Notes: generated by a model not told the origin, from the letters alone. 64,000 nt of DNA from Candidatus Nanopelagicales bacterium (GCA_030700225.1 JAUYJT010000030.1:453-64452), one strand, 5' to 3'; shown: positions 48,268 through 58,612, counted from the stretch's first letter. Made by a program: numbers and translations.

Positions 48268-49173
48268 CTACAGTCGCGCGCGGTCAGGCCATCGCCTGGG
48301 ATCGCGGATTCGCGTGTCGTTGATGCCGAAGCTCATCCAGTCAACGCTTCCCGCGCCACCCTCGGCGGCTCCGCACGCCTGCTCAACCTCGGATGCGGTC
48401 GTGGTTCCCACGACGATGCGGGCGATGCCGGGAACCTGGAGTGCAAAGGCCACGCACGCCTGCTGGGGAGTCATACCAGCTGCGCGGCAATTACTGTGAA
48501 ACCGGTCCTGATGAGCAGCGAGGGGCCGGAACATACCTGACAGGCGATCAGGCTCCAGCAGGATGAGCCCCTGCAAGTAGACGCTGCGCGCATGGACCTC
48601 GACACCTTCAGCAGCGAGCTCCTGTATTGGCCCTTGCGTGAGGGTCTGGTCATACACGCTGGCCGGCACTTGAACAACCTCCGGGCGGAAGGCCTGCACG
48701 GCCCTATCGATCTCCTCGCGGTCATACGCGGAGAATCCGATCCTGCGAACGAGGCCGAGTTCCCTGGCGCCGTCGAGGGCTTCGGCGATTGCATCCGCAT
48801 CGCTACTCCATAAGTCTGCGGCTCGGTGAACAAGTAGCACGTCGATGGGCTGGCGGCCCAGTCTCGCCACCGACTGCCGGATGCCAGCGTGGACAGCTGC
48901 GATCACGTCCCCGCCTAGCGGACGAAGCGAGGAGAGAGGGGCCAGCTTGGAAATAACCTGCAGCTCGCAGTGCCTGGAGAGCGGCGCGCGAAGCGCCGAC
49001 TCGGCCCCCCCGTACTCGGCTGCGGTATCGACCCAGCGAACTCCAAGCTCCACACCACGGTTGAGCACGATCGCCGCGTCCGCCTCAGACACACGGCCCT
49101 GTGCATTGGAGATGCCGTAGTCCAGCCCGAATTGAGCAGTTCCGAGCACGAGCCGCTCACAGGCACCGTTCAT
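48268..49173 (-). CDS. aldo/keto reductase
   Basis: LVLGTAQFGLDYGISN, DTAAEYG, LLVH, IGFSAY and ARSVYLQGL. Confidence 0.88.
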   Translation of the reverse strand: MNGACERLVLGTAQFGLDYGISNAQGRVSEADAAIVLNRGVELGVRWVDTAAEYGGAESALRAPLSRHCELQVISKLAPLSSLRPLGGDVIAAVHAGIRQSVARLGRQPIDVLLVHRAADLWSSDADAIAEALDGARELGLVRRIGFSAYDREEIDRAVQAFRPEVVQVPASVYDQTLTQGPIQELAAEGVEVHARSVYLQGLILLEPDRLSGMFRPLAAHQDRFHSNCRAAGMTPQQACVAFALQVPGIARIVVGTTTASEVEQACGAAEGGAGSVDWMSFGINDTRIRDPRRWPDRARL

Positions 49174-49763
49174 TCGCGTTGGCTGGCTGGATAGGTGGGG
49201 TCTGCCAGCCAGGGTGCAATCCGCCCAAGGCGGACCACGTCACACCGCTGGCCTGCGATGTCGCAGGCGTCGGCTGGCAGGAGAGCTTCTATGCGAAAGC
49301 CAGCTGCCTGGAATGCGCGGATCGATGCGACGTTCACGGAAGCAGCTCCGGCGAAGAGCTTCTCGATCCTGATCTCGGAGAAGGCGAAAGCACTCAGCGC
49401 CGCGATAGCCTCAGTTGCGAAGCCGCGACCCCAATACCCGCGGTCGCCGATCATGATCCCGACCTCTGCGCGCCGGTGCAGACTGTTGGTCGGCCCGAGC
49501 TTGATGTTGCCGATGTGGCGACCGTCCGCCACGACGGTGATTGCGCACGCCAGCGTGTTCTCGTCCGCAGTCACCCCCCGGACGTACCCGGCGACGCTGG
49601 AAAGCGTGTGGTCTCCGGACCGCGTATCCAAGTACTTGAACACGTCTGGATCGTTGAGCCAGGCTACATAGTCACTCGTCACGTGGTGCTCATCTAGTCT
49701 CAGAAGACGCAAGCGTTTGGTGCCGATGACGAGCAGCGGATCCTGAAGACTGCTCGTGTTCAC
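49170..49763 (-). CDS. GNAT N-acetyltransferase
   Basis: YVAWLNDP, HIGNIKLG, AEVGIMIGD..YWGRGFATEA and N.ASIRAF...GF. Confidence 0.85.
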   Translation of the reverse strand: MNTSSLQDPLLVIGTKRLRLLRLDEHHVTSDYVAWLNDPDVFKYLDTRSGDHTLSSVAGYVRGVTADENTLACAITVVADGRHIGNIKLGPTNSLHRRAEVGIMIGDRGYWGRGFATEAIAALSAFAFSEIRIEKLFAGAASVNVASIRAFQAAGFRIEALLPADACDIAGQRCDVVRLGRIAPWLADPTYPASQRE

Positions 49764-49845
49764 GGATGTAACCTTACGTGAGACGCATCGAGGCGGGTTC
49801 GCTGCTCAGGGGGGCACCACGCGCACACCGGGAGAGACCCAAGAG

Positions 49846-50586
49846 ATGGCATCACAGGTTCCAGCTCCCTACGGCCGTTCCGTAGGCTCCGCTGTGGCGA
49901 TCATTCCGGCGCGCGGGGGCTCGAAGCGGATACCTCGGAAGAACATCCGCATGATGTCGGGGCGTCCGCTTATCACGTGGGCTGTTGAAGCCGCGCTCGC
50001 GAGCGGGGTCTTCGATGACGTGGTGGTTACAACAGACGATGACGAGATCGCGTCGATAGCGGGTGACGCTGGCGCATCGATTCCCTTCATTCGGCCCCCC
50101 GAGCTCAGCGACGACTACACGCCGACGGTGCCGGTCATCGCGCACGCCGTGGCCGCCCTAGACCAGCTAGGCGCGAGCTACGAGTTCGCATGCTGCCTGT
50201 ACCCAGCCGCGATCTTCCTCGTTCCAGAGGACTTTGCCGCGTCGCTCGAGCTACTCAAGCGCAACCCCCGGCACAAATACGCAGCGACTGTGACACGGTA
50301 CGCGGCTCCAGTTCAGGAAGCCATGGAACTTGGCCCCGACGGGACGATCCGCTTCCTTTGGCCAGAGCACTATGGCACCCGTACGCAGGAGTTCGCGGAG
50401 CGGTGGCACGACGCGGGCCAGCTGTACTGGGGGCGACGGGAGGCCTGGACCGAACATCACTCGATCTTCGACCTTGCAGTTGGCTATTCCCTTCCCCCGT
50501 GGCGCGTCCAAGACATCGACGACGAAGATGATTGGAGGCGCGCAGAGGTAATGCACACCCTGTTCCTGATGGAGCAGCAGCGATAG
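49846..50586 (+). CDS. pseF: pseudaminic acid cytidylyltransferase (CMP-Pse synthetase)
   Basis: IIPARGGSKRIPRKNI, RP.ELSDD.TPT, CLYP, HDAGQLYWG and VQDID..DDW.RAE. Confidence 0.9.
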   Translation: MASQVPAPYGRSVGSAVAIIPARGGSKRIPRKNIRMMSGRPLITWAVEAALASGVFDDVVVTTDDDEIASIAGDAGASIPFIRPPELSDDYTPTVPVIAHAVAALDQLGASYEFACCLYPAAIFLVPEDFAASLELLKRNPRHKYAATVTRYAAPVQEAMELGPDGTIRFLWPEHYGTRTQEFAERWHDAGQLYWGRREAWTEHHSIFDLAVGYSLPPWRVQDIDDEDDWRRAEVMHTLFLMEQQR

Positions 50587-50589
50587 GGA

Positions 50590-51495
50590 TCACAACGGGA
50601 CAGCAATCCCGACCGGCAGCGTAGTTTCAACCCCGGCGCGACGCGCCAGCGTGTACGTTGGCAGCCCGCAGTGGGACGCAAGGTACAACGCATATGAGTT
50701 GAAGCCGACGACGGCGTCCGCCCACGCAAACTGCTCCGCCAGCGGGGAATCGCGGGCGGACGCAACAGAAACGGTGCTCGGCCATTCCGCCCGGATTGAG
50801 TCATACTTGTCGTCCGCCTCGATCGGGTGCAGTCGCAAAGCGATGTGGACGTTAGAGGCGCCAGGGTTGAGGGGACCAAGCACGTCAGGCAACCGCGCTA
50901 GCACCGAGCGCTCTGGCCCGTGCCCGCCCCCAGCGGCAAGCGGCTCGGCGATGACCAGGACGCGCCAGGCCCCGGCTGGATCGCGCGCCTGGCGGAGTGA
51001 CGCCGTCGCGGACCCGATGTCGTCCGCCAGAGTGTTCGGCCACTCAAGGACCGCCACTCCAGGAAGAGAACTCCCGGCGATCTCGCGCGCGTAGGGGTCC
51101 GTCACGATCACAGCGTCGGGCAAGTCCAGCGGATCCGGGCCGAATCGGACTCTGTAGTTCACCCAGTGGTCGAGCACTGAGAGCACCAGCCGATCGGCTC
51201 GACGCGCGGCGCGCACCGAGTCCGCCAGTTGCGGCGTCCACCCCGACCCAACGAGCAGCCATTCGCACGCATCGATCACGGAGGCTGCGTCTTGGAACTG
51301 CCTCAGCTCACCTGCGGCAGGAATACCCCGTGCCCATCCCGTCGAGAAGACGCCAACCACATCAGTCAGGTGCGGCAACCACGCCACGACGTGAGCAGCA
51401 CTGCCGGCATCAGCGATCACGATCCCGCAGTCACCCAGCCGACCCGCTTCTGCTGGGGACGGAACATGGTTCAGGTCCTCAACGAGGGAGCTCAT
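50590..51495 (-). CDS. uncharacterised glycan-cluster protein, GT-B-like
   Basis: VLDHWVNY..RF, RLHP.E and WAD.VVG.NS.ALY.A. Translationally coupled (TGATG) to the amidotransferase operon. Confidence 0.7.
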   Translation of the reverse strand: MSSLVEDLNHVPSPAEAGRLGDCGIVIADAGSAAHVVAWLPHLTDVVGVFSTGWARGIPAAGELRQFQDAASVIDACEWLLVGSGWTPQLADSVRAARRADRLVLSVLDHWVNYRVRFGPDPLDLPDAVIVTDPYAREIAGSSLPGVAVLEWPNTLADDIGSATASLRQARDPAGAWRVLVIAEPLAAGGGHGPERSVLARLPDVLGPLNPGASNVHIALRLHPIEADDKYDSIRAEWPSTVSVASARDSPLAEQFAWADAVVGFNSYALYLASHCGLPTYTLARRAGVETTLPVGIAVPL

Positions 51496-52754
51496 CAGTA
51501 GGGGTAACCGCGGCCGACTGTGATGAAGCGGTCGGCCCTGTCGAGATTGAGGCTCGAAGTCGGCTCGTCGCCGATCCATGCCGACTCGTCGACCGAAGCA
51601 TCGCCCAGCTCTGCGCTCCACCCTTGGAAGCTCCAATCACGCAAGTCTCTGGCGCGCCACGACTTCGGGCTGCGGAAGCGATCGGCAACGAGCCATAGGG
51701 CGGAAGTCTGAGCACCGAGCCAATCCGCGAGTAGATCCATGTGCGGAGGCGCTACGAATTCGTACTTGCGAACGAGGGCGATGGCGGACTGGCGGCTAAG
51801 GCGCTTGTGGCGGATTTCGCGACATGCATGGTCCAGGACGCGCGAGTATCCGCGCTTGCACATCTTCAACCAATCGTGGAATCCGCCGTAGACATACGAC
51901 TCAACGTGATCGTAGGCATCGAATGTTCGTGCCAGCCGGGCCGACTTGAAGCCCCTTTCTCGCACCATGAACCTGTGCTGGGCGGTCGGATCCCACCTGA
52001 CGAAGTTGCTCAGGTAGATACCTCGCACCCCGATGCGGTGGAGCTCCCGATCCTCCGGATACCGGAACTGCCAGACATCCTGGTCTCTCAGGTCACTGAA
52101 TGACTGGAGCAGGTCGCCGGCCTCGTGGCCCATGAGGTCGTGCTCTTTCCGATACCGCCGACTCATCTCGACATTGTCGAGGTGGGAGTACATCCCCACT
52201 TGTTCAACACCCTGGTGCGGGCCCCAGATGATGAGGGGAATGTTCATCCGAACGGCGGTCTGGACCGGGAACACCGTGTGGCCGGCGAGCGCTTGCCAGT
52301 AGACACTCCCCAGTTGTTTGAGCGTCTGCCGCGTCAGGCGCTTGACGCTGACCGGGTTGACGTGCTGAGTGAGCATATCTACATCGAAACGGTCGCGGAG
52401 GTGAGCGAGATTCCGAATGCCAAGCGGGGTGTTGTAGTAGGTGTTGTAGCTGACGACCAATGGGTTCATCTGAAGCCGCTCCCGAACCAGATGGATCAGG
52501 AAGTACGAATCGTACGCGCCTGTGACAGGGACGATGCAGTCGTAGGTTGCGCCGGAAGGGCTCCTGTAGGGCTTGACCAGGAGTTCCAACTCCCGCCAGC
52601 GCTCACCCCAGTCCAAGAAATCCTTCTCTTCGTGCACGCGGCAGCCCGAACAGACTCCCTCGGAATCGAACGTAATCCCGAGCGGGTGGTCGCTCCCGTA
52701 CAGGCATCGGGTGCAAAACGTTCGGCCAGTCATTCCGGTACCGTCGCTTCCCAT
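51495..52754 (-). CDS. N-acetyl sugar amidotransferase (WbuX/PseA/WbpG-like), variant PP-loop
   Basis: CTRC....HPLGITFD..GVC.GC, DCIVPVTGAYDS, WDP..QH and WLK..KRGY....DHAC.EIRH. Confidence 0.85.
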   Translation of the reverse strand: MGSDGTGMTGRTFCTRCLYGSDHPLGITFDSEGVCSGCRVHEEKDFLDWGERWRELELLVKPYRSPSGATYDCIVPVTGAYDSYFLIHLVRERLQMNPLVVSYNTYYNTPLGIRNLAHLRDRFDVDMLTQHVNPVSVKRLTRQTLKQLGSVYWQALAGHTVFPVQTAVRMNIPLIIWGPHQGVEQVGMYSHLDNVEMSRRYRKEHDLMGHEAGDLLQSFSDLRDQDVWQFRYPEDRELHRIGVRGIYLSNFVRWDPTAQHRFMVRERGFKSARLARTFDAYDHVESYVYGGFHDWLKMCKRGYSRVLDHACREIRHKRLSRQSAIALVRKYEFVAPPHMDLLADWLGAQTSALWLVADRFRSPKSWRARDLRDWSFQGWSAELGDASVDESAWIGDEPTSSLNLDRADRFITVGRGYPY

Positions 52755-53497
52755 GGGCGGACAGGTGTCGTGAGCCGCAGCTTCACTGAGGGAACCGCCA
52801 GCTCGGTGTGGTGAAGGAAGTTGCCGATGGCAACGCCCATGACGCGATCATGACGGATCACACGGTCAGCCAACTCAGGATCGCCTATCCCCCCAGTCGC
52901 GATCAGGTTGACTGCGGGGATCTTGGGCAGCGCCTTCTCAAGCCGCTCCAGGCTGAAGCCTCCGTGCATTCCGTCCCCCGCGACATCTTGATAGAGGATC
53001 TCGCCGCCCCATCCGGATGGCAGTGCCGCAGATAGGTCGGCGACCGGGCGGGTTGCTCCGGAGGTCGGTTCAAGCCAGGCGAGAGTGTCGCCATCTTCGA
53101 CGACGGGCGCACTCAAGACGACAGCCTGGTCACCGAGAGCGTCGGACACGTCAGCCACCAGGCGTGGGTTGGCCAGCACGCCGCGGCCCAACACGACTCT
53201 CTCCGCCCCAGCACGGGCCACCGCGACCGCATCGGCACGCGACATTAGTCCCCCGCCGAAGGTCAGTGGCGTGGAGAGCGTGTGCTCCACAAGATCCGAG
53301 ATCATGTCCAGTGCCGACCATTCGCCTCGGGGTCGTCGCGAAATGTCGAGCAGGCAGATCTCGTCAACTTGCCAACGCTGGAGCTCCTCCACGATGAACC
53401 GCGGACGACCGACGGGCAGCCAACGCGAGAACTGGTAGCTGTTGACCACCCAGCCATTCCGAACCGTGACCAGCCCAATGATCCGCTTGAGCGCCAT
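52730..53497 (-). CDS. HisF-like cyclase-fold subunit (WbuZ-like)
   Basis: KRII, VDEI..LDIS, PLTFGGG, DV..DG...GF and A.GG.G. Confidence 0.8.
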   Translation of the reverse strand: MALKRIIGLVTVRNGWVVNSYQFSRWLPVGRPRFIVEELQRWQVDEICLLDISRRPRGEWSALDMISDLVEHTLSTPLTFGGGLMSRADAVAVARAGAERVVLGRGVLANPRLVADVSDALGDQAVVLSAPVVEDGDTLAWLEPTSGATRPVADLSAALPSGWGGEILYQDVAGDGMHGGFSLERLEKALPKIPAVNLIATGGIGDPELADRVIRHDRVMGVAIGNFLHHTELAVPSVKLRLTTPVRPWEATVPE

Positions 53498-54129
53498 CAC
53501 TCATCAAGACCGCTCTGCCCGGAAAAGAGGCGTTGAAGGAATCGGGCTCCCGCTATCTGGCTCTTCTCTGGATGAAACTGTACGCCGATGAGATTCTGGC
53601 TTCGGACAAGAGCTGGCGTTCTTTGCTCGTCCACTGTCTCAAGTTCGATGACTTCGGCATCATCGGGAACCACCTGGAAGTTGTGGTTGAAGAACACGCA
53701 CGAGCCAGCCAGTTCCGTCGCGCGCTGAACACGAGCGTGTCTAACCCGGACCGGCACGTCGACGGTCTGCCATCCAATCCTCGGGGTCCGGCTTTCCAGG
53801 GGCTGCACGCTTCCCCGTATGAGTCCAAGGCCCCGCGTGGACTCGTGTTCGCTGGATTCGTCGAACATCAGCTGGAGTCCAAGGCACACTCCGAGGAGCG
53901 GCTTGCCCGTAGCGCTGAATCTCGTGATTGCTTCGTCCAAACCCCTAGAACGCAGTACCTGCATGGCCGGCGGGAACGCCCCTACACCTGGCAGGATAAG
54001 CCAATCGGCTGTCTCGATTCTTTCAGGTGAGGCAGCTGCCATAACGCTCACGCCCGCCCTCTCCAGGGCCCGAGCTAGACCGTCGAGGTTCCCGAGCCCG
54101 AAATCGACCAGAACCGCTGCCTTCCTCAT
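53497..54129 (-). CDS. HisH-like glutamine amidotransferase (WbuY-like)
   Basis: DFGLGNL, LILPGVGAF, LGVCLG.Q and GVQFHPEKS (Cys-His-Glu triad). Confidence 0.88.
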   Translation of the reverse strand: MRKAAVLVDFGLGNLDGLARALERAGVSVMAAASPERIETADWLILPGVGAFPPAMQVLRSRGLDEAITRFSATGKPLLGVCLGLQLMFDESSEHESTRGLGLIRGSVQPLESRTPRIGWQTVDVPVRVRHARVQRATELAGSCVFFNHNFQVVPDDAEVIELETVDEQRTPALVRSQNLIGVQFHPEKSQIAGARFLQRLFSGQSGLDE

Positions 54130-54130
54130 G

Positions 54131-55255
54131 TCAATGGCCCACAACAAAGCGGGGACAAGGTCGGCCCGACGGCGGCACCTCGAACAAGTCAGCGTTCGTG
54201 TTGGCGCGTACCTGTTCCCAGAAGTCGGCAATGTCGATGTCGATAAAGTCACAGAACTGCTCGATGTAGTCATCGCTGCAGGCACCGTCGTACGTCGCGA
54301 CGATTTCGCAGGCGTCATCCCGCGTGATGCGACCTTGTCTGATTTCCTCATTCATGTAATCGGTCGCCCGTCCGAAGCCGAACTTGTAGTACTTGATCAT
54401 CTGGTTGAGGGTTACCCAATCCTCATCGAGCGCCGTAACTCCGAACAGGTCACCGGTGTTCTCCGGACCATCGTCGCGGAATTCGAGCCCGTTCAGACCC
54501 GACACGATCGCGTTGTTCACCAATGACCAATCACCCAGGGCCCAGCCCATGTAGAAGAGCTCGATATTCGCGTCTTCGAATTCCTGGAGTGATGGATATC
54601 GATACGAGATGAGCTGGTCGTCCGTGAAGCCCGCATCTCGCAGCCAGGCGTCCGCCCCTCCAGAGAGGGTGTTGGCGTTGCGCAGATTGCTTCCGTCGTA
54701 CCCAGTCTGGCCAAGGGTTCCCATGTCTCCAAGTTGCAGCGCTGGGTTCTCCCCCCAGAGGATCAACGAAATGCCGTAGTCGATCGCCAGTCGAGGTACG
54801 CCGCTGAACAGGGCCAGCTCTGTCGACCTGGCCCAATTCGTGAACTTCGCGAATGACACCTTCATCATCTGCCGCCAGGTTTCTGGCGCAGGGTTGATGC
54901 TGACCACATCGAAGCCCAGATCGATGAGATTCCCGAGATTCTCGGCTCCCCGGTCGGAGAGCTGTCGCGGCGGATACCCGACGCAAACCAGCAGTGGCTG
55001 GAGCTCCAGCTTATCGCGGACCCAGAGGGACTGCCGCGTACTGTCCTTGCCGCCGCTGACGCCCACGATGCAGTCGAATCCGCTCTTGCCTCGTCGCCTG
55101 TGCGGCGCGATGGCGGCCTGAAGCTCCTCACGCCGAGCGTTCCAATCCACCTTGCCGAGGCTCACCGAATAAGTGCATGCTGGACAGACGCCGTCCGGGC
55201 CAAACTCGATGGCCGGGCGGGTATCGGGCTGGAGGCAGCGCAGGCAATACCTCAT
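54131..55255 (-). CDS. N-acetyl sugar amidotransferase (WbuX/PseA-like)
   Basis: MRYCLRC..PDTRP, DCIVGVSGGKDS, WGEN and KYYKFGFGRATD....EIR.G.ITR. Confidence 0.9.
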   Translation of the reverse strand: MRYCLRCLQPDTRPAIEFGPDGVCPACTYSVSLGKVDWNARREELQAAIAPHRRRGKSGFDCIVGVSGGKDSTRQSLWVRDKLELQPLLVCVGYPPRQLSDRGAENLGNLIDLGFDVVSINPAPETWRQMMKVSFAKFTNWARSTELALFSGVPRLAIDYGISLILWGENPALQLGDMGTLGQTGYDGSNLRNANTLSGGADAWLRDAGFTDDQLISYRYPSLQEFEDANIELFYMGWALGDWSLVNNAIVSGLNGLEFRDDGPENTGDLFGVTALDEDWVTLNQMIKYYKFGFGRATDYMNEEIRQGRITRDDACEIVATYDGACSDDYIEQFCDFIDIDIADFWEQVRANTNADLFEVPPSGRPCPRFVVGH

Positions 55256-55634
55256 CGCTCGGTTCGGCCGACCGTTCTCGTCGTAGCCAGCGAAGAAGAC
55301 ATGATTGTCAATCGCCCGCAGTGTTCCGCTGTTTCGAGGTGACCACTACTGTCGATCACTCAACGAGTCCCTTCCGTGACAGCTCGTTCCGAATCGGGTG
55401 ATCCGTCGTACCCTCGCACGATTCCCTTGATGGAATGCCTCGGGACATCATACTGCGCGGACTGGCGACAGTTTGAGCCTCCAGCAGTTGACATGCTCTC
55501 CCCTAGCGCCGAGCGCCCCTCTCGACCGCCTCAGCCTTCAGCGCCAACACCAGGACTGCAACTCCTTGAGCCCCGCTGCTTCGGTGATCACCGCACGCCT
55601 GCAGGGCTCTGGCGCCCTACGCCCCAGTCCACAC

Positions 55635-56645
55635 CTACCCGATCGCGATCATGCCCGGCCGCACCCGCACCAGACGCTGCAAATCCTGACGCGTTCGCAG
55701 GCTGGGCCACCCGAGCGCGTCGGCGAGCTCCGCTCGGTGGTCGTGCGGGTCAGCGCCAGGCTTCTGCATCCACGGGTGTTCCTGATAGAGGCAGCCGCCA
55801 GCGCACTCCTGTCCGTGTTCCCTGTCGCAATCGGTCTCCCGGTGCCCTTCATCGAAGGAGAGTCCGGGAATCACCTGTACGAGCTTCCCAAGCGAAGCCG
55901 CATAGATGAGGGCTGTCGACACCGCATCCGCAATGACCAAGTCGTGAGCCTCAATCAGCGCCAACACGTTTGGGAGCACCCTCGTACGGTCTCCTGCTGT
56001 GGAGCCTGGCGCGTGACTCGTCCCCCGGTATCCGGCGCACTCGACTGCGAAACCGTGAGACTCGAAGCCCAGGCGTGTTTCGCGGCATAGGAAGTCCTGC
56101 CAAGCCAAACAGACAGTCGTCCTGGATGGATCGAAGAGATCAGCCACCTTGCGCGGCATGGACGCGAACGTGATGACGTCATCTTCGCAGGAATGTACGG
56201 GGAAGAGCAGGGTCCTGCCACTGCCAGCCAACGAGTTGTTGGCCTGCACTGAGCCAGTCTCCCAAATCGTGGATCGGTTCCTCATCCGCAGGAGATAGAG
56301 CCAGGGAGCGCCAATCGCGATGACTTTGCGGGCGCCCGCCGCACGCGCTGACTGAACCCATGCCTCATTCCACATCCATTGGGGCAGCTCCCGGGCTATC
56401 GGGTCCAGCACCTTGCGTTGGGGGATCGTCTCCGCGCGCGTCCATCCACCGTGTGGGATACGCCCGAGGATCAGGCATGACATGTCGTAACCAGCGGCCT
56501 GGAGAATCAGCTCGCGGTGGCCATAAGCGAACTGTTCACTGTAGCAATCGATACGCGCGTCGCCTTGGCCGAACAAATACGTCGCGGCGCGAACCGCCCC
56601 TGCCGTGCTCACGCGGCGCCCTGCAATGGTCAACCGAGCACCCAA
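55635..56645 (-). CDS. uncharacterised glycan-cluster protein
   Basis: YGHR, HG.W, IGAPWLY, LFP.HS, LH/WQD-like segment and STALIYAA.LG, suggesting a GT-B-like fold. Confidence 0.6.
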   Translation of the reverse strand: MGARLTIAGRRVSTAGAVRAATYLFGQGDARIDCYSEQFAYGHRELILQAAGYDMSCLILGRIPHGGWTRAETIPQRKVLDPIARELPQWMWNEAWVQSARAAGARKVIAIGAPWLYLLRMRNRSTIWETGSVQANNSLAGSGRTLLFPVHSCEDDVITFASMPRKVADLFDPSRTTVCLAWQDFLCRETRLGFESHGFAVECAGYRGTSHAPGSTAGDRTRVLPNVLALIEAHDLVIADAVSTALIYAASLGKLVQVIPGLSFDEGHRETDCDREHGQECAGGCLYQEHPWMQKPGADPHDHRAELADALGWPSLRTRQDLQRLVRVRPGMIAIG

Positions 56646-56797
56646 TGGACAGCTCCTGATTCTAGACCGTTTGATTGGTGCAAGATCCTACCTGCGGTCG
56701 ATGCGATGCGGTCTCGATCGTGAGGTCGGCCCTTGTCCGCGAGTGTAGCCAAGGCTTCGTCCGAGCGTGGATCGGCTCGACGGTATGCTTGGGCGCC

Positions 56798-57628
56798 ATG
56801 GCAACGCTCAAGTCGATCAGGAACAAGATCGTCGACAATAGGCCCGCCCAGGCAGCACTCAGGAAGGCGTCTCGAGCACGGGTCATCCCGCCGCGCGTCT
56901 ACGAGAAGATCCCGCCGCTCGGCAGCCACCCCGTCATCACACCGGAGGGGAACACAATCGCCTATGTTGCCGACCTGAGCGACATGATGGCGCGGCAAGT
57001 CGTGTGGGGGAATCTCCAGGTCTGGGAAGCCACCAGTCTCCAGATCTTCTCCAAGCTTGCCCGATCCTCGGTACGCTTCCTGGACGTCGGAGCCTACACG
57101 GGGATCTACAGCCTTATCGCTTGCGCTGACGGCCCAGGCGAGGCTATCGCGTTTGAGCCGAATCCAGCCGTCCGACCACTTCTTGCGAGGAACATCAGGG
57201 CCAACAACTTCGATCACCGAGTGACGGTTATCCCAAAGGCCGCATCGGATACCCCTGGCACCGCCACCATGACCATCCCGTTCGACACCACCGCTGCCAG
57301 GCTGGATGCAAGCGGAACCGGGCCGTGCGTCGAAGTCACAACAGTCGACGACGTACTGGCTGGCAGAAGAGTGGACATAATGAAGATTGACGTAGAACGG
57401 CTGGAGCCGCAGGTGCTGAAGGGGGCTGCCAACTCGCTCTCGCAGTACCATCCGGCGCTCATTATCGAATGCCTAGACCAGGAATCGTTCGTTGCGGTCG
57501 ATGAGCTCGTTCGCGGCTTCGGCTACGACAACTGCCAGCACCTTGGTCAACGCGGGGTCGCGTCGACCACGTCCTTCGTCGAAGAGCCAGCATTCGCCAA
57601 CTTCCTCTGGCAAACCACTCACAGGTAG
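56798..57628 (+). CDS. FkbM family methyltransferase
   Basis: FLDVGAYTGIYS, AFEPNP and VDIMKIDVE..E..VL.GA. Confidence 0.88.
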   Translation: MATLKSIRNKIVDNRPAQAALRKASRARVIPPRVYEKIPPLGSHPVITPEGNTIAYVADLSDMMARQVVWGNLQVWEATSLQIFSKLARSSVRFLDVGAYTGIYSLIACADGPGEAIAFEPNPAVRPLLARNIRANNFDHRVTVIPKAASDTPGTATMTIPFDTTAARLDASGTGPCVEVTTVDDVLAGRRVDIMKIDVERLEPQVLKGAANSLSQYHPALIIECLDQESFVAVDELVRGFGYDNCQHLGQRGVASTTSFVEEPAFANFLWQTTHR

Positions 57629-57693
57629 CAGCGAATCACCCTCCGGTACGTTTGCCTCTCTCGTCGGGTGAGATCGCGAGGCTGGCGTCCTTG

Positions 57694-58467
57694 CTAAGGC
57701 CGATTCGCGCGCATGACCCCAGGTTTCTCAGCGAGTAACGAAACCAGAAGACCGGCGATCGATTCGTGGCCCACCGCACTCAAGTGCGCTCCATCCCGCG
57801 CGAAGTCGGCGGGCGATAGGACCGCTCCCGGGTCCAGGACGGCAACCCGGCCTGCGGCACGACGGGCCAAGTCGCAAGCAGCCGACCTATTGCTTGCCAA
57901 GGCCCCGGGACTCCATGGATAGGTCGCCATCCGATGGAACTGGGGCAAGAGCAGAATGAGCTGGGCATCAGTTTCAGCTTCAAGGCGATCGACCAGCACG
58001 CTCAGATTTTCGCGATACAGCTGGGGCGCCATGAACGGTCGGATTCGGAGAGCTTCGGAGACCCGGTCGCCCAGTGCGCTTCCGGCGACTCGCAAGTAGG
58101 AACGGTAAACCGCACGCCGAGCCCACTGGATCACGCGGAGAAGCCAGCTCCGGTCAGTCACGGGCAGCTCACCATCTGGATGAACACGAAACCTTCGCAG
58201 CGCACGCGGGAACATCAGCATCGCCTCACGCGTCCCGTGGGCGAGAACAACGACGTCCGGCACAAGTGCTTTGACCTCGCTCAATCGGTCAAGGGTGACG
58301 GTGACCATTGCCCCACCGAATACCAGCGCCTCGACTTCCCAACCGACAGGGCCAAGACGAGAACGCGCGATCTCCGGGTATGGATGAGCGCCAACAGCTG
58401 GGTCAATGCCGAACGTTGTAGCGATCGAGTCACCGCAGATTACGAGTCGATTCGGTCGGCCATCCAC
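57694..58467 (-). CDS. SGNH/GDSL hydrolase-fold protein (possible O-acyl esterase or transferase)
   Basis: Block I GDS near the N-terminus and DGAH (DxxH) near the C-terminus. Confidence 0.7.
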   Translation of the reverse strand: MDGRPNRLVICGDSIATTFGIDPAVGAHPYPEIARSRLGPVGWEVEALVFGGAMVTVTLDRLSEVKALVPDVVVLAHGTREAMLMFPRALRRFRVHPDGELPVTDRSWLLRVIQWARRAVYRSYLRVAGSALGDRVSEALRIRPFMAPQLYRENLSVLVDRLEAETDAQLILLLPQFHRMATYPWSPGALASNRSAACDLARRAAGRVAVLDPGAVLSPADFARDGAHLSAVGHESIAGLLVSLLAEKPGVMRANRP

Positions 58468-58612
58468 AGCACCAGGCTAGAGCCACAAACCCTCGCTCGC
58501 GCAGTCGCCACCTTGGATTACGGCCGCACGGCGACCCCGTGCTGACCCGCCCGAAGGAGCAATGCCCACGAGATCCGTGCGTGCTCAGTCCCCCTTCGCG
58601 CCGCGCTTGTGC

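Noticed and set aside
52730-54129. hisF/hisH as histidine biosynthesis genes
   Set aside because: They are flanked by sugar amidotransferases with no other his genes nearby, matching the WbuXYZ-type arrangement.
55360-55494. 44-aa minus-strand ORF containing IVRGYDGSPDSERAV, like a universal stress protein start
   Set aside because: Too short, with no continuation of homology; could be chance.
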